DNA of 64,000 bases, taken from Dehalococcoidia bacterium (GTDB lineage Bacteria; Chloroflexota; Dehalococcoidia; UBA2979). Positions within the stretch are counted from its first letter, which is position 1. Every line of letters begins with the position of its first letter. The notes below the pieces were generated by a model. It was not told the DNA's origin, made no database searches, and saw only the letters and a program-made list of their open reading frames with translations. The stretch covers positions 3,456,001 through 3,520,000 of the forward strand of contig OZ253555.1 in the NCBI GenBank assembly GCA_965262725.1. Direction: 5' to 3'. The translations under genes and the position numbers were made by a program. Below, one piece after another: positions 51,399-60,466 of this stretch.

Positions 51399-52294
51399 GG
51401 TCGGTCTCCTACCTCTCTCGGCTCGCCTGAGCCGTTCTCCTGGGCCACCACGTGAGCCCGTGCTTGGAGGGGAAGTATCCCCTCTGAGGAGGGGACCGAC
51501 CCTCATGTCATCTTGTTCGCCGCCTTCATCGCTCGTACGGCCCCATCAGACTGCTGCGCATCGTTCATCATCGGCTACGGTTTACGTCCCTTCCCGACGC
51601 GGTCCCGGCGTACGACTCGTCGGGACAACGCGCAGCTCTCCCAAGTCCCGGCGATAGACGTGTGTGCGTGCATGGGGTCTTCGACACCGTGGGGCCCGAC
51701 CACGACTCGCCAGTAGCGCCGTCGCCGGTATTGCCTTCGACCAATCCAAGAGCCTCGGCACCCCAAATGGCCCTTTCGATGCTCATTAGCCCCGCCCGCA
51801 CACCCCGCTGCCGACGCTTCACAAGCCGCCTCGCGACGACCCGCGCACGGCTCGCGGAATGACATGAGTGGCTAGCTCTTTGCCATAGAGGACTTCCACC
51901 TCCTGCCTACTCGCCAGTTAGCCTGGCGCTCTGGATCAGGGCTTATGCGCAGCCGTGCGACGTGCTCTCGCCGAACGCACTCGGCGGCGTGTTGAACGAT
52001 GTGACGATCCGCAAGTTGCGCTGCCGCATCGTCTGCGGCGGGGCGAACAACCAGTTGCAACGCGACCCCGCCGACGCCGAACTCCTTAGCCGCACGCGGG
52101 ATCGCGTATGCGCCGGACTACGTCGTGAACGCTGGCGGCGCCATCGAGGTCGGTGTCGACTACGGCGTCGGCTCGACGGCGTCGGAGCAACCGTGCTGGA
52201 GCTGCTAAGCCGCGCAGAGCGCGAGGGCATCTCGACCGCGGAGGCGGCGTTGCGGAGCGTTGACGTCCGACTCGCGCGGGCGCTGGCCGGGTGA

Positions 52295-52485
52295 GGCGGA
52301 ACGGCGCGGCCGGGCCACACGAGACGTACGGACGCGGGTGTCCCAACGCCTCAACCCGTCACCGTTGCGCCGTGCCCCGCGTGCCCCGCTGCGCTCGCCG
52401 CAGCCCGCGCCTACCTGCGCCGAGACGCCGGCGTCCACTACCGCCTTGAGCGCCGCCTCGGCCTCGCGCAGAACATCCGCAGACG
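52295..52485 (-). pseudogene. IS256 (Mutator) transposase N-terminal remnant
   Basis: DVLRE..VVDAGVSAQVGAG.GERS..R...RNG...RRWDTRV matches the IS256 N-terminal pattern. Confidence 0.65.
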
Positions 52486-52545
52486 AGACGGCTGATGGGA
52501 GGACGAGAGGCGACGGGTGGGGCGCGGGCGTGACACACTGACGGG

Positions 52546-53241
52546 GTGGGGACGCCGGAGCCGGGGCTGTGCGGGGACTGCCGGTGGGCACGGGCGGTCG
52601 TGAGCGACCGCGGCTCGCGCTTCCTGCGCTGCGGCCGCGCCGACGACGATCCCTCGTTCCCGCGCTACCCCGCCCTTCCCGTGCGGGAGTGCCCGGGCTT
52701 CTCGCCGGCTCCGCGTGTGGCCGGAGGGCGCGAGAGGACCGCGAACGGCGGGCCCGGCGCCCGCTCCCCGGGCGTGATCCCGCTCACCCCCGCGGCGACG
52801 GCGGCGGACCCGACCACGACACCCGGGCCGGAATCCACGCTCTTCCGGCGCATCGGCGGCCGCCCGACCGTTGAGCGTCTCGTCGCCGAGTTCTACGCAC
52901 GCATCGAGCGCGACCCCGAGCTGCGCCCGCTCTTCCCCGCGGACCTCGGGCCGGGCCGCGAGAAGCAGGCGCTCTTCCTCGAGCAGTGGCTCGGCGGCGA
53001 GCCGCGCTACAGCGCGCTCTACGGCCACCCGAGGCTCAGGAGGCGCCACTTCCCGTTCGTGATCGATGAGCGGGCCGCCGGCCGCTGGCTGCACCACATG
53101 GCGGAGGCGACGCGGGCGACCGGTATCGCCGCACCCGAGCGCACCGAGATCGTGCGCGGCCTCGGCCCGCTCGCCCGTCACATGACGAACGCCGGTGACG
53201 ACGTGCCGCGGGCTCCGCTCGAGGACCCACGGCTCTCCTAG
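52546..53241 (+). CDS. Group II truncated hemoglobin with a fused N-terminal four-Cys domain
   Basis: LFRRIGG..LVAEFY..LRPLFP..FLEQWLGG..Y..GHPRLRRRH.PF..W; N-term CGDC..C..C. Confidence 0.8.
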   Translation: MGTPEPGLCGDCRWARAVVSDRGSRFLRCGRADDDPSFPRYPALPVRECPGFSPAPRVAGGRERTANGGPGARSPGVIPLTPAATAADPTTTPGPESTLFRRIGGRPTVERLVAEFYARIERDPELRPLFPADLGPGREKQALFLEQWLGGEPRYSALYGHPRLRRRHFPFVIDERAAGRWLHHMAEATRATGIAAPERTEIVRGLGPLARHMTNAGDDVPRAPLEDPRLS

Positions 53242-54414
53242 TGTCCTGATTCGTAATAGCGACAGATAACGGGTATGGTGGCACAGCGGGGTTTTGCCCC
53301 ATGGGGCAGACTCTGGAGTGTCATGAGCACCCGAATCGGACGGCCGACGGTCGCGATCGTCCTGAGCGACGAGGAGCGTGAGACGCTGGAGCGGTGGGCG
53401 CGCCGGCCGACATCGGCCCAGGCGCTGGCGCTGCGCTGTCGCATCGTCCTGGCAGCGGCCGAGGGGACATCGAATAAAGCGATCGCCGCGGCGCTCGATT
53501 GCCATCCGGTCACCGTCGGCAAGTGGCGCCGGCGCTTTGCGCAGGGGCGGCTCGATGGGCTACAGGATGAGCCGCGCCCCGGGGCGCCGCGCACGATCGC
53601 CGATGCACAGGTGGAAGCGGTGATCGTCACGACGCTGGAGGAGCAGCCTCCCAACGCGACGCACTGGTCGACCCGATCGATGGCAGCCGCGGTCGGGATG
53701 TCGCAGTCGGCGATCTTCAGGATCTGGCGCGCCTTCGGCCTGAAGCCGCACCTCGTGGAGAGCTTCAAGCTGTCGCCCGACCCGCAGTTCATCGACAAGG
53801 TGCGCGACGTGGCCGGGCTCTATCTCAACCCGCCCGACGCGGCGGTTGTGCTGTGCGTGGACGAGAAGACCCAGATCCAGGCACTCGACCGCACCGCGCC
53901 GACGGTGCCGATGATGCCCGGCGTCCCCGCCCGCCAGACGCACGACTACATCCGTCACGGCACGACGAACCTCTACGCGGCGCTCGATGTCGCCTCGGGA
54001 TGCGTGATCACGGAGATGACCCCCCGGCACCGGGCTCGGGAGTTCCAGCAGTTCCTCGCCCTCATCGACCAAAGCGTTCCCCATGAGCTGGCGGTGCATG
54101 TCGTGCTCGACAACGTCTCCACGCACCGCACGCCCGCCATCCAGCGCTGGCTCCAGCGCCATCCCCGCTTCACCTTCCATTTCACGCCGACCTACAGCTC
54201 CTGGATGAACCTCGTGGAGCGCTGGTTTGCAGAGCTCACCAGCAAGTGGCTCCGGCGCGGCACGCACCATAGCGTCCCTGATCTGATCCGCTCAGTGGAG
54301 ATGTGGGTCGCCAGCTGGAACGAGAATCCGAGGCCCTTCATCTGGCACAAGTCCGCGGACCAGATCCTTGACAACCTCGCCGGATATCTAGAGCGCATCC
54401 CTGAATCGGGACAC
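53241..54414 (+). mobile_element. IS630-family element, TA duplication
   Basis: IRs GTGTCCTGATTC / GAATCGGGACAC; TA at 53239-40 and 54415-16. Confidence 0.93.
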
Positions 54415-54417
54415 TAG
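53323..54417 (+). CDS. IS630 transposase
   Basis: HTH, CVDEKT, HDYIRHGT, LDNVSTH, SSWMNLVERWF. Confidence 0.95.
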   Translation: MSTRIGRPTVAIVLSDEERETLERWARRPTSAQALALRCRIVLAAAEGTSNKAIAAALDCHPVTVGKWRRRFAQGRLDGLQDEPRPGAPRTIADAQVEAVIVTTLEEQPPNATHWSTRSMAAAVGMSQSAIFRIWRAFGLKPHLVESFKLSPDPQFIDKVRDVAGLYLNPPDAAVVLCVDEKTQIQALDRTAPTVPMMPGVPARQTHDYIRHGTTNLYAALDVASGCVITEMTPRHRAREFQQFLALIDQSVPHELAVHVVLDNVSTHRTPAIQRWLQRHPRFTFHFTPTYSSWMNLVERWFAELTSKWLRRGTHHSVPDLIRSVEMWVASWNENPRPFIWHKSADQILDNLAGYLERIPESGH

Positions 54418-55625
54418 GGGTTCTCTGAACAGGTCGCCGCGTCGTTACTGGAGCACATGCACACTCCGATGACTATATGCGATCATGGCACTCCTCCGGG
54501 AAAGGGGAGCGCTGCCATGCATCAGCCGACATTCGCGAGAGTCGAGTTCGAGCGGGATGGCTACAAGACGCGCCGCCAGAAGTTCCTCGAACGGCTGGAT
54601 GGCCTCGTCCCGTGGCAGAGGTTCGAAGCAGCCATCGAGCCCCACTACCCGAAACCGGGCCGCGGGCGGAGGCCCTACCCGCTCTCCGTGATGCTGCGCA
54701 TCCATACCGTGCAACTCTGCTACAACCTCAGCGACCCCGGCATGGAGGATCTGCTCCACGAGGCCGAGTCGGTGCGAGCCTTCTGCTTCCTCACGCTCTC
54801 CGAGCCCATCCCCGACGAGACGACGATCCTCAACTTCCGGCACCTGCTCGAGCGCCACTCCCTGGGTAGCAGGATCCTCCAACTCATCAACGAGCACCTC
54901 ACGAGCAAGGGATTGAAGCTGAGCGAGGGCAGCATCGTGGATGCGACCATCATCTCGGCGCCATCGTCGACGAAGAATCGCGGGCGGGCGCGGGACCCGG
55001 AGATGCATCAGACCAAGAAGGGGAAACAGTGGTTCTTCGGGATGAAGCTGCACATCGGCGCCGACAGGGATACTGGACTGGTCCACAACTTCACGACCAC
55101 GCCTGCGAACGTGTCGGACGTGTCTGAGACGCACCGCCTGCTGCACGGCGAGGAAGCCGAGGTCTACGGCGACGCCGGGTACCGGGGCGTGCAGAAGAGA
55201 CCCGAGAACGCGGACTCCAGGGTCAAGGACTGGAACGTGGCGATGCGCCCGGGCCTCCGGCGTGCGCTCGACCCGGAGAGTCCTGAGGCCGTCGAGGAGA
55301 AGCGGAAGGCATCGGTGCGAGCGCTGGTGGAGCACCCGTTCTACAGCGTGAAGCGGCGCTTCGGCTACGCCAAGGTGCGGTACCGGGGTCTCTTCAAGAA
55401 CCACGAGCGGTGTGCGGTCTTGCTGGGGTTCCACAACCTGCTCACCGCGAAGCCGCACCGTGCCTGACCGTGGGTGGAGTGCGCCCTCCCCGCCCCACAC
55501 GGGGCGAGGAGGGGAGCCACAGGGGCCCGCGAGGGGGCGGATATGACCACTGTCATCGGGAATCCGCCTGAGAGCGCCTGACCGCGGCGAAACTGGGTCG
55601 CTAGACCCACCTGATCAGACTTGCC
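54418..55625 (+). mobile_element. IS5-family (IS5 subgroup) element, CTAG duplication
   Basis: CTAG at 54414-17 and 55626-29; imperfect IRs GGGTTCTCTGAACAG / GGCAAGTCTGATCAG. Confidence 0.9.
54517..55467 (+). CDS. IS5 transposase
   Basis: LSDPGMED, PDETTILNFR, VDAT, GMKLHIG, GDAGY, RALVEHPF. Confidence 0.95.
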   Translation: MHQPTFARVEFERDGYKTRRQKFLERLDGLVPWQRFEAAIEPHYPKPGRGRRPYPLSVMLRIHTVQLCYNLSDPGMEDLLHEAESVRAFCFLTLSEPIPDETTILNFRHLLERHSLGSRILQLINEHLTSKGLKLSEGSIVDATIISAPSSTKNRGRARDPEMHQTKKGKQWFFGMKLHIGADRDTGLVHNFTTTPANVSDVSETHRLLHGEEAEVYGDAGYRGVQKRPENADSRVKDWNVAMRPGLRRALDPESPEAVEEKRKASVRALVEHPFYSVKRRFGYAKVRYRGLFKNHERCAVLLGFHNLLTAKPHRA

Positions 55626-56396
55626 CTAGCCGCTGCTCCGCTCCGCGAGGTGCAGCGAGACGCCGCCGAGCGCGAGGAGACGTACCTCGGTGACGCGGAA
55701 GCCTGAGCGCCGGATCGCCGCCGTCAGCTCCCGCGCCGAGAGGAAGTGCCCCACCGACTCCGGAAGGTAGCTGTAGGCGTCGCGGTGGCGGGAGACGACG
55801 CGGCCGAGCGCCGGGACGACGCCGCGCATGTACATCCTCCCCGCCAGGGCGAGCGGGCCGCCCTCCATCCGGGGCAGGTCGAGGATCGCCAGGCGGCCCG
55901 ACGGCCCGAGCACGCGATGCGCCTCTGAGAGCGCCGCGCTCAGATCCGGGACGTTGCGCACGACGAAGGCCGAGCACCAGGCGTCGAGGGAGCCGGCGGC
56001 GAGGGGCAGCGCGGTCGCATCCGCGATCGCGAACGAGGTGGCGGCTCCCCCCCGCCCGGAGCGCTTCGCCGCCTTCTCCCGGGCGCGCACCACCATCGGA
56101 GCCGCGAAGTCGACGCCCAGCACCGACTCGGCGCCCGCCTCGGCGAGGGCGAAGGCGAGGTCGCCGGTTCCGCACCCGACGTCGACCACGCTGTCGCCCG
56201 GCCTCACCAGGGCGCTTGCGGCAAGCCTCCTCCACGCCTGGTGGCGCCCGCCCGTCATCAGCGTGTTCATCACGTCGTAGCGGGGCGCGATGCTCGCGAA
56301 CATCGACCGCACGTAGCGCGCACGGTCCGCCCCCGGATCGAAGGGGCTCGTCCCGGCCGCCGCCCGGTCAGCGCCGGCGCGTCGTGACTGCTCCAT
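55626..56396 (-). CDS. ubiE: UbiE/MenG quinone biosynthesis methyltransferase
   Basis: MFASIAPRYDVMN, DVGCGTGD, RNV, AYSYLPES. Confidence 0.9.
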   Translation of the reverse strand: MEQSRRAGADRAAAGTSPFDPGADRARYVRSMFASIAPRYDVMNTLMTGGRHQAWRRLAASALVRPGDSVVDVGCGTGDLAFALAEAGAESVLGVDFAAPMVVRAREKAAKRSGRGGAATSFAIADATALPLAAGSLDAWCSAFVVRNVPDLSAALSEAHRVLGPSGRLAILDLPRMEGGPLALAGRMYMRGVVPALGRVVSRHRDAYSYLPESVGHFLSARELTAAIRRSGFRVTEVRLLALGGVSLHLAERSSG

Positions 56397-56550
56397 CGGC
56401 TCTCCCCTGCGGCCCAGCCTACGGCGAAGCGGGCGCAGCGGGGAGGCGGGCCGCGGGCGGGCGCGCGCGGACCCTTCCGGCCTCGCCGCTTATACTCCGG
56501 CCATCCCGACGACTCCCCGTCCGGCCGGCTCCCCGGCGTGGTGGTGCGCG

Positions 56551-57555
56551 ATGGCGCTTAGGCTCCTTCCCTGGGCCTCCGAGTTCGGGGCCGGCATCGA
56601 GGCGGCCGTCGAGCCCACGCCGCTCCAGGCGATCGAGGTCGACACAGGCGTCGAGCGCGCCGAGTGGAGTGCCGTGACGCCGGCCGCCCCCGAGCCCGGG
56701 GCCATGCGCATCGTGGACGGCGTGCGCCGCGTCGAGGCGCACGCGATGGAGGACGAAACCGGGGACTCGCCGTGGGGCGATGACGGCCCGGCGATCGGCC
56801 TCTTCGGCTCCTTCGCAGTGGGTGCCGTCGCCCTCGACTCCGGGGCGCCCGCGCGCATCCTGGAGTCGTCCATACGCCTCGAACGCCGCTACCTCCGGAC
56901 CTCTGGAGAGCCGGCGGAGCGGGTGATGTCGGCTGGACGGGCGGAGCTTCGCTTCCGACCGCGGCTCGCGCAGAAGGCCTCCACCCCCCGCGACCTCGTC
57001 GCCGCGCTGAACCGGGCGATGCTGGATGAGGAGGCGGCGCTCGCGGCCGAGCTCTCAGCCCCCGGCGACGCGCTCGTCCTCGTCGACGGGCCGCTCCGGC
57101 TGCGCCAGCCGGGGGACCGCGCCGTCGGCTACGTGAAGCGCATCCACCAGTGGTACGTGGGGCCCGCGGAGCGCGCGCTCGCCGGGACGCTCGCCGTCGG
57201 CGAGCGCACGCCGCTCTTCCGCATCGAGGGGGCGCCCCAGCCGGGGCGCTACGCCTGGTACGCGCGGACGGCGGAGCTCGGGCGGCGCTTCCACCCGCTC
57301 GGCGGCGTGGTGCGAATGGAGTGCCACGGCGCCCTCCCCGTGGGCGGCGCCGCGCGACTCGCCGACGAGGCAACCTCCGCGCTTCCCCGCCTCGTCCCGA
57401 CGCCGGCCCGCGATCCCCGGGCCCCGCAGAACCTGCTGCCGGTCGGCGCGCTGGAGCGGGCGCTCACGCACCGCCTCGGCGATCGCCGCTGGGTGCGGCG
57501 GATCCTCACCGCCTCCTTCTCCGAGGGATCCGCCTTCGTGGAGCGTCCGGCGTGA
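56551..57555 (+). CDS. nurA: NurA-like nuclease
   Basis: IVDGVRR, LVDGPL, VGYVK, DPRAPQNL..LE; first gene of the herA-sbcD-sbcC run. Confidence 0.75.
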   Translation: MALRLLPWASEFGAGIEAAVEPTPLQAIEVDTGVERAEWSAVTPAAPEPGAMRIVDGVRRVEAHAMEDETGDSPWGDDGPAIGLFGSFAVGAVALDSGAPARILESSIRLERRYLRTSGEPAERVMSAGRAELRFRPRLAQKASTPRDLVAALNRAMLDEEAALAAELSAPGDALVLVDGPLRLRQPGDRAVGYVKRIHQWYVGPAERALAGTLAVGERTPLFRIEGAPQPGRYAWYARTAELGRRFHPLGGVVRMECHGALPVGGAARLADEATSALPRLVPTPARDPRAPQNLLPVGALERALTHRLGDRRWVRRILTASFSEGSAFVERPA

Positions 57556-59267
57556 GCGTGGGGGCCGGGGGGCCCGGAGTCGACGCTGCCGAGAGCGTCG
57601 GGCTGGTGATCGGGACGGCGGGCCAGCCCGCGACGCCGCTCGGCTTCTGGATCTACGTCGACCCCGAGCGCACGCTGCAGCTCGACGACGTCGTCCACGT
57701 CGCCCACGAACTGCCCGGCGGCGGCCACGTCGACCTCTACGGCATCGTCGACGAGCTCACCGCCGTCCACGAGGGGGTCACCTTCGATTCCGACGTCCGG
57801 CTCGTCACCGACGGCGTGCTGCCGGCCGACACCGCCGTCACCGCGCACGTCGCCGTCACGCGCGTCGCGCCCGAAATCTACACGCCTCCCCTCCCCGGCC
57901 GCGTGGCGAACCGCGCTCGCGGCGCGACCCGCGACCGCGCGCTCTCCTTCGACCGCATGGAGCAGCATCTCCCCCTCGGCCTCTCCCGCGGCGGGGAGCC
58001 GATCGTCGGAAATCTCGCCTTCCTGGACGGACGCCGCGGCGCCCACGTCAACATCTCCGGCGTCTCCGGGGTCGCCACGAAGACCTCCTACGCCGTCTTC
58101 CTCCTGCACGCGCTCTTCTCAGGCGACGTGCTTGGCGCGCTCGCCCCCAACGCCCGCGCCCTCATCTTCAACGTGAAGGGGGAAGATCTCCTCTTCCTCG
58201 ACCGCCCGGGGCCGGACCTCGACGCCGACGACCGGGCGCGCTACGCAGCTCTCGGCCTCCCCGCCGAGCCCTTCTCCTCCGTCGCCTTCTACGCGCCGGC
58301 GCGACGCGGCGAGCACCCGATCCCCGACACCGGATCGCGGCTCGCGGGGGTGACCGGCTTCTTCTGGACGCTGCGCGAGTTCTGCGCCCGCCGGCAGCTG
58401 CGCTTCCTCTTCACCGATGCCGACGACGAGCGGACCCAGCTCGGCACCGTGATCGACGCGGTCGAGCGCCAGCTCGCGCTCGCGGCCCGGCTCTCGCTCC
58501 CCGTGGAGGCGCCGGACGTCGAGATCGGCGGCGAGCGCATCCGCGACTTCGAGGCGCTGGTCGAGGCGATCTCGCGGCAGACCGACGAGGCCGAGGGCGG
58601 GACGTGGGCCAGGCGGGCCGCCCCCGCGACGGTCCAGGCTTTCCTGCGGCGCCTTGAGGCGGCGATCCCGCACGTCGGCCACCTGCTCAGGGGAGCGGGC
58701 GAGGCGGATCCCGAGCGCCACCTCATTGACTGGTCGCGGGAGCAGGTCACGGTGGTCGACCTGCACCGGCTGCACGACCGGGCACAGCGCTTCGTCGTCG
58801 GGGCGCTCCTCGCCGACGTGCTCGAGGTGCGCGAGCAGCTCAGCGCGGCGGGGGGCGCCGCGCCCGTGTTCGTCGTGCTCGACGAGCTCAATAAGTACGC
58901 ACCGCGCGAGGGGCGCAGCCCCATCAAGGAGCGGATACTCGACATCGCCGAGCGCGGGCGATCGCTGGGGATGATCCTGATCGGCGCGCAGCAGACCGCC
59001 TCCGAGGTCGAGCCGCGCGTCGTGGCGAACTGCGCGTTCCGCGTGGTCGGACGTCTCGACGCGGCCGAGGCTCAGCGCAGCGAGTACGGGTTCCTGACGC
59101 AGGCGGCGCGCGCGCGCGCCCACCTGCTCACGCCCGGCACGATGATCGTGCAGCAGCCGGAAATCCCGGTCCCGCTGCTGCTGCAGTTCCCGCGGCCGGC
59201 ATGGGCGACGCGCCCCTCCGAGGCGGCGTCCCCCGCCCAGGACCCTTTCGCGCGCTTCGCCACGTAA
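57552..59267 (+). CDS. herA: HerA-like ATPase
   Basis: N-terminal HAS-barrel-like region, variant Walker A GVSGVATKT, Walker B VLDELNKY, ERGRSLG, AQQ. Confidence 0.82.
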   Translation: MSVGAGGPGVDAAESVGLVIGTAGQPATPLGFWIYVDPERTLQLDDVVHVAHELPGGGHVDLYGIVDELTAVHEGVTFDSDVRLVTDGVLPADTAVTAHVAVTRVAPEIYTPPLPGRVANRARGATRDRALSFDRMEQHLPLGLSRGGEPIVGNLAFLDGRRGAHVNISGVSGVATKTSYAVFLLHALFSGDVLGALAPNARALIFNVKGEDLLFLDRPGPDLDADDRARYAALGLPAEPFSSVAFYAPARRGEHPIPDTGSRLAGVTGFFWTLREFCARRQLRFLFTDADDERTQLGTVIDAVERQLALAARLSLPVEAPDVEIGGERIRDFEALVEAISRQTDEAEGGTWARRAAPATVQAFLRRLEAAIPHVGHLLRGAGEADPERHLIDWSREQVTVVDLHRLHDRAQRFVVGALLADVLEVREQLSAAGGAAPVFVVLDELNKYAPREGRSPIKERILDIAERGRSLGMILIGAQQTASEVEPRVVANCAFRVVGRLDAAEAQRSEYGFLTQAARARAHLLTPGTMIVQQPEIPVPLLLQFPRPAWATRPSEAASPAQDPFARFAT

Positions 59268-59302
59268 AGCCGCCCGGCCGGGGCGCGAGCGGGAGGAGCT
59301 AC

Positions 59303-60466
59303 ATGCGCGTCCTGCACACCGCCGACTGGCACCTCGGCCGCACCATCCGCGGCCGCAGCCGCGCCGTCGAGTTCGAGGCCGTGCTCGGCGAGATCGTCGA
59401 GATTGCCAGAGCCGAGCGCGTGGACCTGCTGCTCGTCTGCGGCGACATCTGGGACGCGGCCTCCCCCTCGCCCGAGTCGGACAAGCTGCTCTTCGAGACG
59501 CTGCGCAGCCTGATCGAAGCCAGAGTCCAGGTCGTGCTGCTCGCCGGGAACCACGACTCCGCGCGCAAGCTCGAGGCGGTGGGGCGGCTCTCCGACCTGC
59601 TCGGCGTGTATACCCAGCACCAGGTGTGCCGCCCGGAGGAGGGGGGCGTGCTGACCCTCCGCGCCGGCTCCGAGATCGCCCGCATCGCCGCCGTCCCCTG
59701 GATCCAGGAGAGGCACCTCGTCGGCGCCAAGGAGGTGTTCGACCTCTCCCCGGAGGAGACCTTCGCCGGCTACGCACAGAGCTGCGGCGACATCTACCGT
59801 GCGCTCTGCTCGGGCTTCACGCCCGAGACGGTGAACCTCTTCGCCGGGCACCTCTTCGTCGACGGGTCGCGGGTGGCCTTGATCGACGGCTCGGAGCGGC
59901 GCCTGCACATCGGGCAGAGCTACGGCGTCCCGCCCGGCATGCTGCCGGGGACGCCCCAGTACATCGCGCTCGGCCACGTCCACGAGCCGCAGGAGCTCAG
60001 AAGCACGGCCGCCCCCGCCGCCTACGCCGGATCGCTGCTGCAGCTCGACTTCGGCGAGCGGGGACAGCAGAAGGTCGTGCGCCTCATCGAGGTGACCGCG
60101 GGCGCGCCCGCCCGGCAGCGCGCGATTCCCCTCAGCTCCGGGCGGTCGCTGATCGAGCTGCGGGGACGCCTCCCCGAGGTGCTCGCGCGCGCCGCCGAGG
60201 CGGCCGGGAGCTACGCACGCGTGGTTGTCGAGGTCGAGCGCCCCGAGCCGGGCCTCGCGGCGCGGGTGCGGGAGGAGATCCCCACCGCCGTCGACGTCCG
60301 GCTCGAGTACGAGCACGAGCGCGCTCTCCCCGAGCCGGAGCTGGCGAGGCTCGCGCCCCGCGAGCTCTTCGTGCGCTACTACGCGGCTCAACACGGCGCG
60401 GCGCCAGCCGGGGAGCTGACGGCGCTCTTCGACGAGCTCATCGAGCAAGCAGCGGACGCCCCGTGA
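59303..60466 (+). CDS. sbcD: SbcD/Mre11 nuclease
   Basis: HTADWHLG, GDIWD, GNHD, GH, LGHVH. Confidence 0.95.
   Translation: MRVLHTADWHLGRTIRGRSRAVEFEAVLGEIVEIARAERVDLLLVCGDIWDAASPSPESDKLLFETLRSLIEARVQVVLLAGNHDSARKLEAVGRLSDLLGVYTQHQVCRPEEGGVLTLRAGSEIARIAAVPWIQERHLVGAKEVFDLSPEETFAGYAQSCGDIYRALCSGFTPETVNLFAGHLFVDGSRVALIDGSERRLHIGQSYGVPPGMLPGTPQYIALGHVHEPQELRSTAAPAAYAGSLLQLDFGERGQQKVVRLIEVTAGAPARQRAIPLSSGRSLIELRGRLPEVLARAAEAAGSYARVVVEVERPEPGLAARVREEIPTAVDVRLEYEHERALPEPELARLAPRELFVRYYAAQHGAAPAGELTALFDELIEQAADAP

Larger units (their letters stand above)
49961..51514 (-). mobile_element. IS110 family, IS1111 subgroup element inside the intron
   Basis: Subterminal IRs ATGAGGGTCG (49963-72) and CGACCCTCAT (51497-506); CTT core at 49958-60 and 51512-14; long non-coding end downstream of the ORF. 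Confidence 0.9.
48461..51931 (-). mobile_element. Group II intron (bacterial IIB-like, RT without En domain), interrupted by an IS110/IS1111 element
   Basis: 5' GAGCG at 51931; domain V GAGCCGGATGC...GCACGTCCGGATCT and domain VI ...CCCTACCGCGAA at about 48461-48535; 3' end uncertain by 1 nt. Confidence 0.92.
46812..51941 (-). mobile_element. IS1380-family element carrying a nested intron; TSD CTTAT
   Basis: CTTAT at 46807-11 and 51942-46; IR CTCGAATCCACCGA versus reconstructed CCCTGATCCA|CCGA. Confidence 0.85.
46013..52294 (+). pseudogene. Leu/Phe/Val dehydrogenase, split (46013-46811 plus 51947-52294) and frameshifted
   Basis: GPGLGGAR, MTAK, GGGKAVI, GVGKVG; rejoined LDAAY|AQPCDVLSPNALGG, GGANNQL, APDYVVNAGG; frameshifts near 46643 and 52087. 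Confidence 0.9.
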
